Shown here in pieces: positions 61,578-64,000 of a stretch of 64,000 bases of DNA. Every line of letters begins with the position of its first letter. The first letter of the stretch is position 1. Made by a program: the position numbers and the translations under genes. The notes beneath the pieces were generated by a model. The model did not search any database. It saw only the letters and a program-made list of their open reading frames with translations, and was not told where the DNA came from. The DNA lies in assembly GCA_965178125.1 (NCBI GenBank), contig OZ237754.1:868001-932000 (forward strand), read 5' to 3'. This stretch comes from Bilabrum cf. latius. Taxonomy: Eukaryota.

Positions 61578-64000
61578 ATGCAAATTTCGATAACCGATTT
61601 AGTAAAACCTCTACCTGTGGGATCAACAGTACAAACAAAAATTGTAGTGGATGTAAAGCGCTCCAAAATGGTGGAAAAGCATCTCAACCGTATTTTGTTT
61701 TCTTTAATGGCAGGATCAGATCTGGTAGATATTCGAGCCGAAATTACCAAAACCCAGAATATCTTGAAACGGCATATCGGGCGATCAAAAAAAGCAACCA
61801 TCAATCGAAAGGTGGATTTTACATGCACTAGAGGATTCGGGCGGTTTTACAGTGATGATGGGTTTGTAAATATTACACGACCGATTAGGCATTTCTTATG
61901 CCAAGATAATTACATTGATCTTGATGTTTGTAACTGCCACCCTGTTATTGCTGAACAGTTGTACCCGGTTTTAACTAACAAACCTTCAGTTGCCATTAAG
62001 AGGCTAAACAATGAACGCAAGCGCATATTTGCCGAATTCTTAGAGGATCACAAATTACCCAAGGATAGCATCAAGAAACTAGGATTTGCTTGTTTATACG
62101 ATGGTAGCATTTAGGGTACTGCAAAACAAATTGGAATCGAGGATCTTCAAGAGCTCACTCACAGATGCAAACAAAACTACGATTTATTTGTTAAAGCCAA
62201 ACGGGAGTTTGCTGAAATCATGCAGCATGTAAAACAAATAATGGGTTCTGATTGGGAGTTGTTACCTTGTAATCCCGGTAAAGAAAATACTGATAGAGCC
62301 GATGTAGGCAAACTTTCAAGTTTCTTTCAGCACATTGAACGGTAGATAACCGAGCATATTGCTTTCATTCTGAATGGTAAGTTTAAGTGCAAGGTGGCTG
62401 ATTATTAGTACGATGGCGTGTTTTTGCGTGATGTTTAGAGCAAAACGGTAAACACATGGATTCCAGCTATCGAACAGTTCATCTATGAAAAGACAGGTTT
62501 CCGAGTAAAACTGGAAACAAAACGAATGGAAAACTATCAAGTGGATGCTATTTTAGAATCCGATCAAGAAGCACCTGTACCCAAAGAGGTTTAGGATTAC
62601 TTGGATGAAAAAGAACAGCAGGTAATTAAGCATATTGAAAGTAACAATCCTTTTGATCCGTTCTTTCATAATTCGATGGATACAGAACGTGTTCCGATAA
62701 AACTACATAGCATCATGGATTACAGTAAATTAAACAAGTTACGATAGTAGTATTTCGAGAACTTTTGTGTAAAGATAGAAAATCCTGCGATGTTTGTACG
62801 TGTTTTTCCAGAATCAGGAGATGCTGTAACTATCAATCGCCAAAATCTGTTAGTTAGTTTTGAGAACTTACGGCATGGCAATAAAAACCAACCTTGGATT
62901 ACCGAATGCTGGTTAAAATCAGCCTCTATCAAAACCTACACGAAAACTACGTTTGTACCATACACTATCAATCCGCCACCTAACCACATGGTAGAAAACA
63001 AATTCAACATGTTTAAGGGATTCATGCATTCAGTAACACCACCTGATAACTTCAAGATGGATCAAACCAAAATCCAGCCGATTCTAGATCACTTGCACGA
63101 TATTTGGTGTGGTGGTGATTAGATGTGTTACAAGTATATTCTTGATTGGATGGCATCGATTGCTCAAACACCATGGAAAAAATCCTTGGTGGCTGTTGTT
63201 TTGGTTTCAATCAGAGAGGGTGCAGGTAAGAATTCAATCATGGAGTTTTTGAAAGAACATGTGTTTGGCAATTAGTACATTCGTGATGTGAGTAACATTA
63301 ATGATTTAACCAGATAGTTTAACATGGACGGAATGAAAACCATCTTTACAGTTTGCAATGAGATTGGATCACAGGGTGGTGCTTACCGAAATGCAGATTC
63401 CTTAAAGGATATGATTACTCGCAAAACGCAGCGGATTGAAACCAAAGGAGTAGATCCAATTCAAATGAGCTGTTTTAATAATTTTATGCTCACATCACAG
63501 TATTGGAAATGGGTCGCCAAGATTTCCAGTAGTGATCGCAGGTACTTTTGTTTAGATGCAGATAACAAACGATGTAACGATGTTGATTATTTCACTAATC
63601 TGTTTAAGTTTTTAACTCCTGAATCAGGCAAACATTTTTGGTATTACCTGTTATCCCGTGATCTTTCAACAGTAAACCTAAGAAATATTCCAATGACTGA
63701 TTTAAAGCGTGATATGGCATCCTTGAGCTATGATCCATTCATTAAAACGCTGATTGAATTAGAAAATTAGAGAGTTGATGGAGAAGATCGATATACGGCT
63801 CAAGAGTTAATGCTGCTATACAATCATGTAAATGAAAAGGATAGCATAAAATCTACCAGATCGTTTAGTAAACAATTCAAGAAATGGAGCAACGATTTCT
63901 TTAAGGTTTGCTAGATTGGTAAAACACGAACTAGGGGGTTCTTAATTACACCCGAGGGCAACCTTGAATTGATCAGGTAGGTGTTAAAAGATCCTGTTTG
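61578..64000 (+). CDS. TVpol (PolA-like primase-polymerase) fused to D5/SF3 helicase, 3'-truncated by window
   Basis: GRFY..RPIRHFL..YIDLDVCNCHP (motif A), FQHIERQI, DY(Q=TAG)YDGVFL (motif C). Helicase EGAGKNS, VCNE, LKDMIT, DRRYF. One frame via TAG. Confidence 0.85.

Larger units (their letters stand above)
42962..64000. mobile_element. Endogenous virophage (mavirus-like element), right end outside window
   Basis: Sharp switch to AT-rich, gene-dense, intronless DNA. Contains ATPase-protease-penton-MCP in the mavirus order, an rve integrase, GIY-YIG nuclease and primase/helicase-type replication gene. Inserted within a host gene. Confidence 0.93.

Noticed and set aside
3-64000. Widespread pseudogenisation or sequencing error as the cause of fragmented ORFs
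   Set aside because: Interruptions in the long genes are exclusively TAG, with no frameshifts, TAA or TGA, and several align with Gln in paralogs. Random decay or error would not give this pattern.
42962-64000. Canonical Polinton/Maverick or bacterial prophage
   Set aside because: No pPolB is seen, the MCP and penton motifs and gene order are virophage-type, and the flanking DNA has spliceosomal-type introns and eukaryotic genes.
1-64000. tRNA (including a CUA-anticodon tRNA) or rRNA genes
   Set aside because: None recognised by eye; a tRNAscan-SE/Infernal run is needed to exclude them.

Overview
GC-rich protist nuclear DNA (1 to ~42,961) joined to an AT-rich integrated virophage that runs off the right edge (42,962 to >64,000). 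The overall mix resembles a bicosoecid such as Cafeteria, which is an inference. The key to the window is that TAG is a sense codon (Gln) in both host and virus. The fragmented standard-code ORF track collapses into long intact genes ending only in TAA or TGA, and paralog comparisons put TAG opposite CAG/Gln. Read this way, the host part holds: a >1,650-aa DUF1598-like protein ending in a WHH/HNH-type nuclease tip; a non-autonomous hAT element with an 8-bp TSD; an EVE/THYN1 protein; two paralogous giant TSP1/EGF membrane proteins; a Ngaro-like split-direct-repeat element filled with a ~49-copy 123/124-bp satellite; and an inverted pair of GH95/DUF5703-like hydrolases. The virophage is inserted inside the second TSP1 gene and begins with a perfect 32-bp-arm hairpin. 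It carries the ATPase-protease-penton-MCP module, an rve integrase with chromodomain, a TVpol/SF3-helicase fusion, a GIY-YIG nuclease, a SET-domain protein, and a TET/JBP-like oxygenase fused to an FkbM-like methyltransferase (candidate base-modification system). All domain calls are by eye from motifs; no database searches were run.
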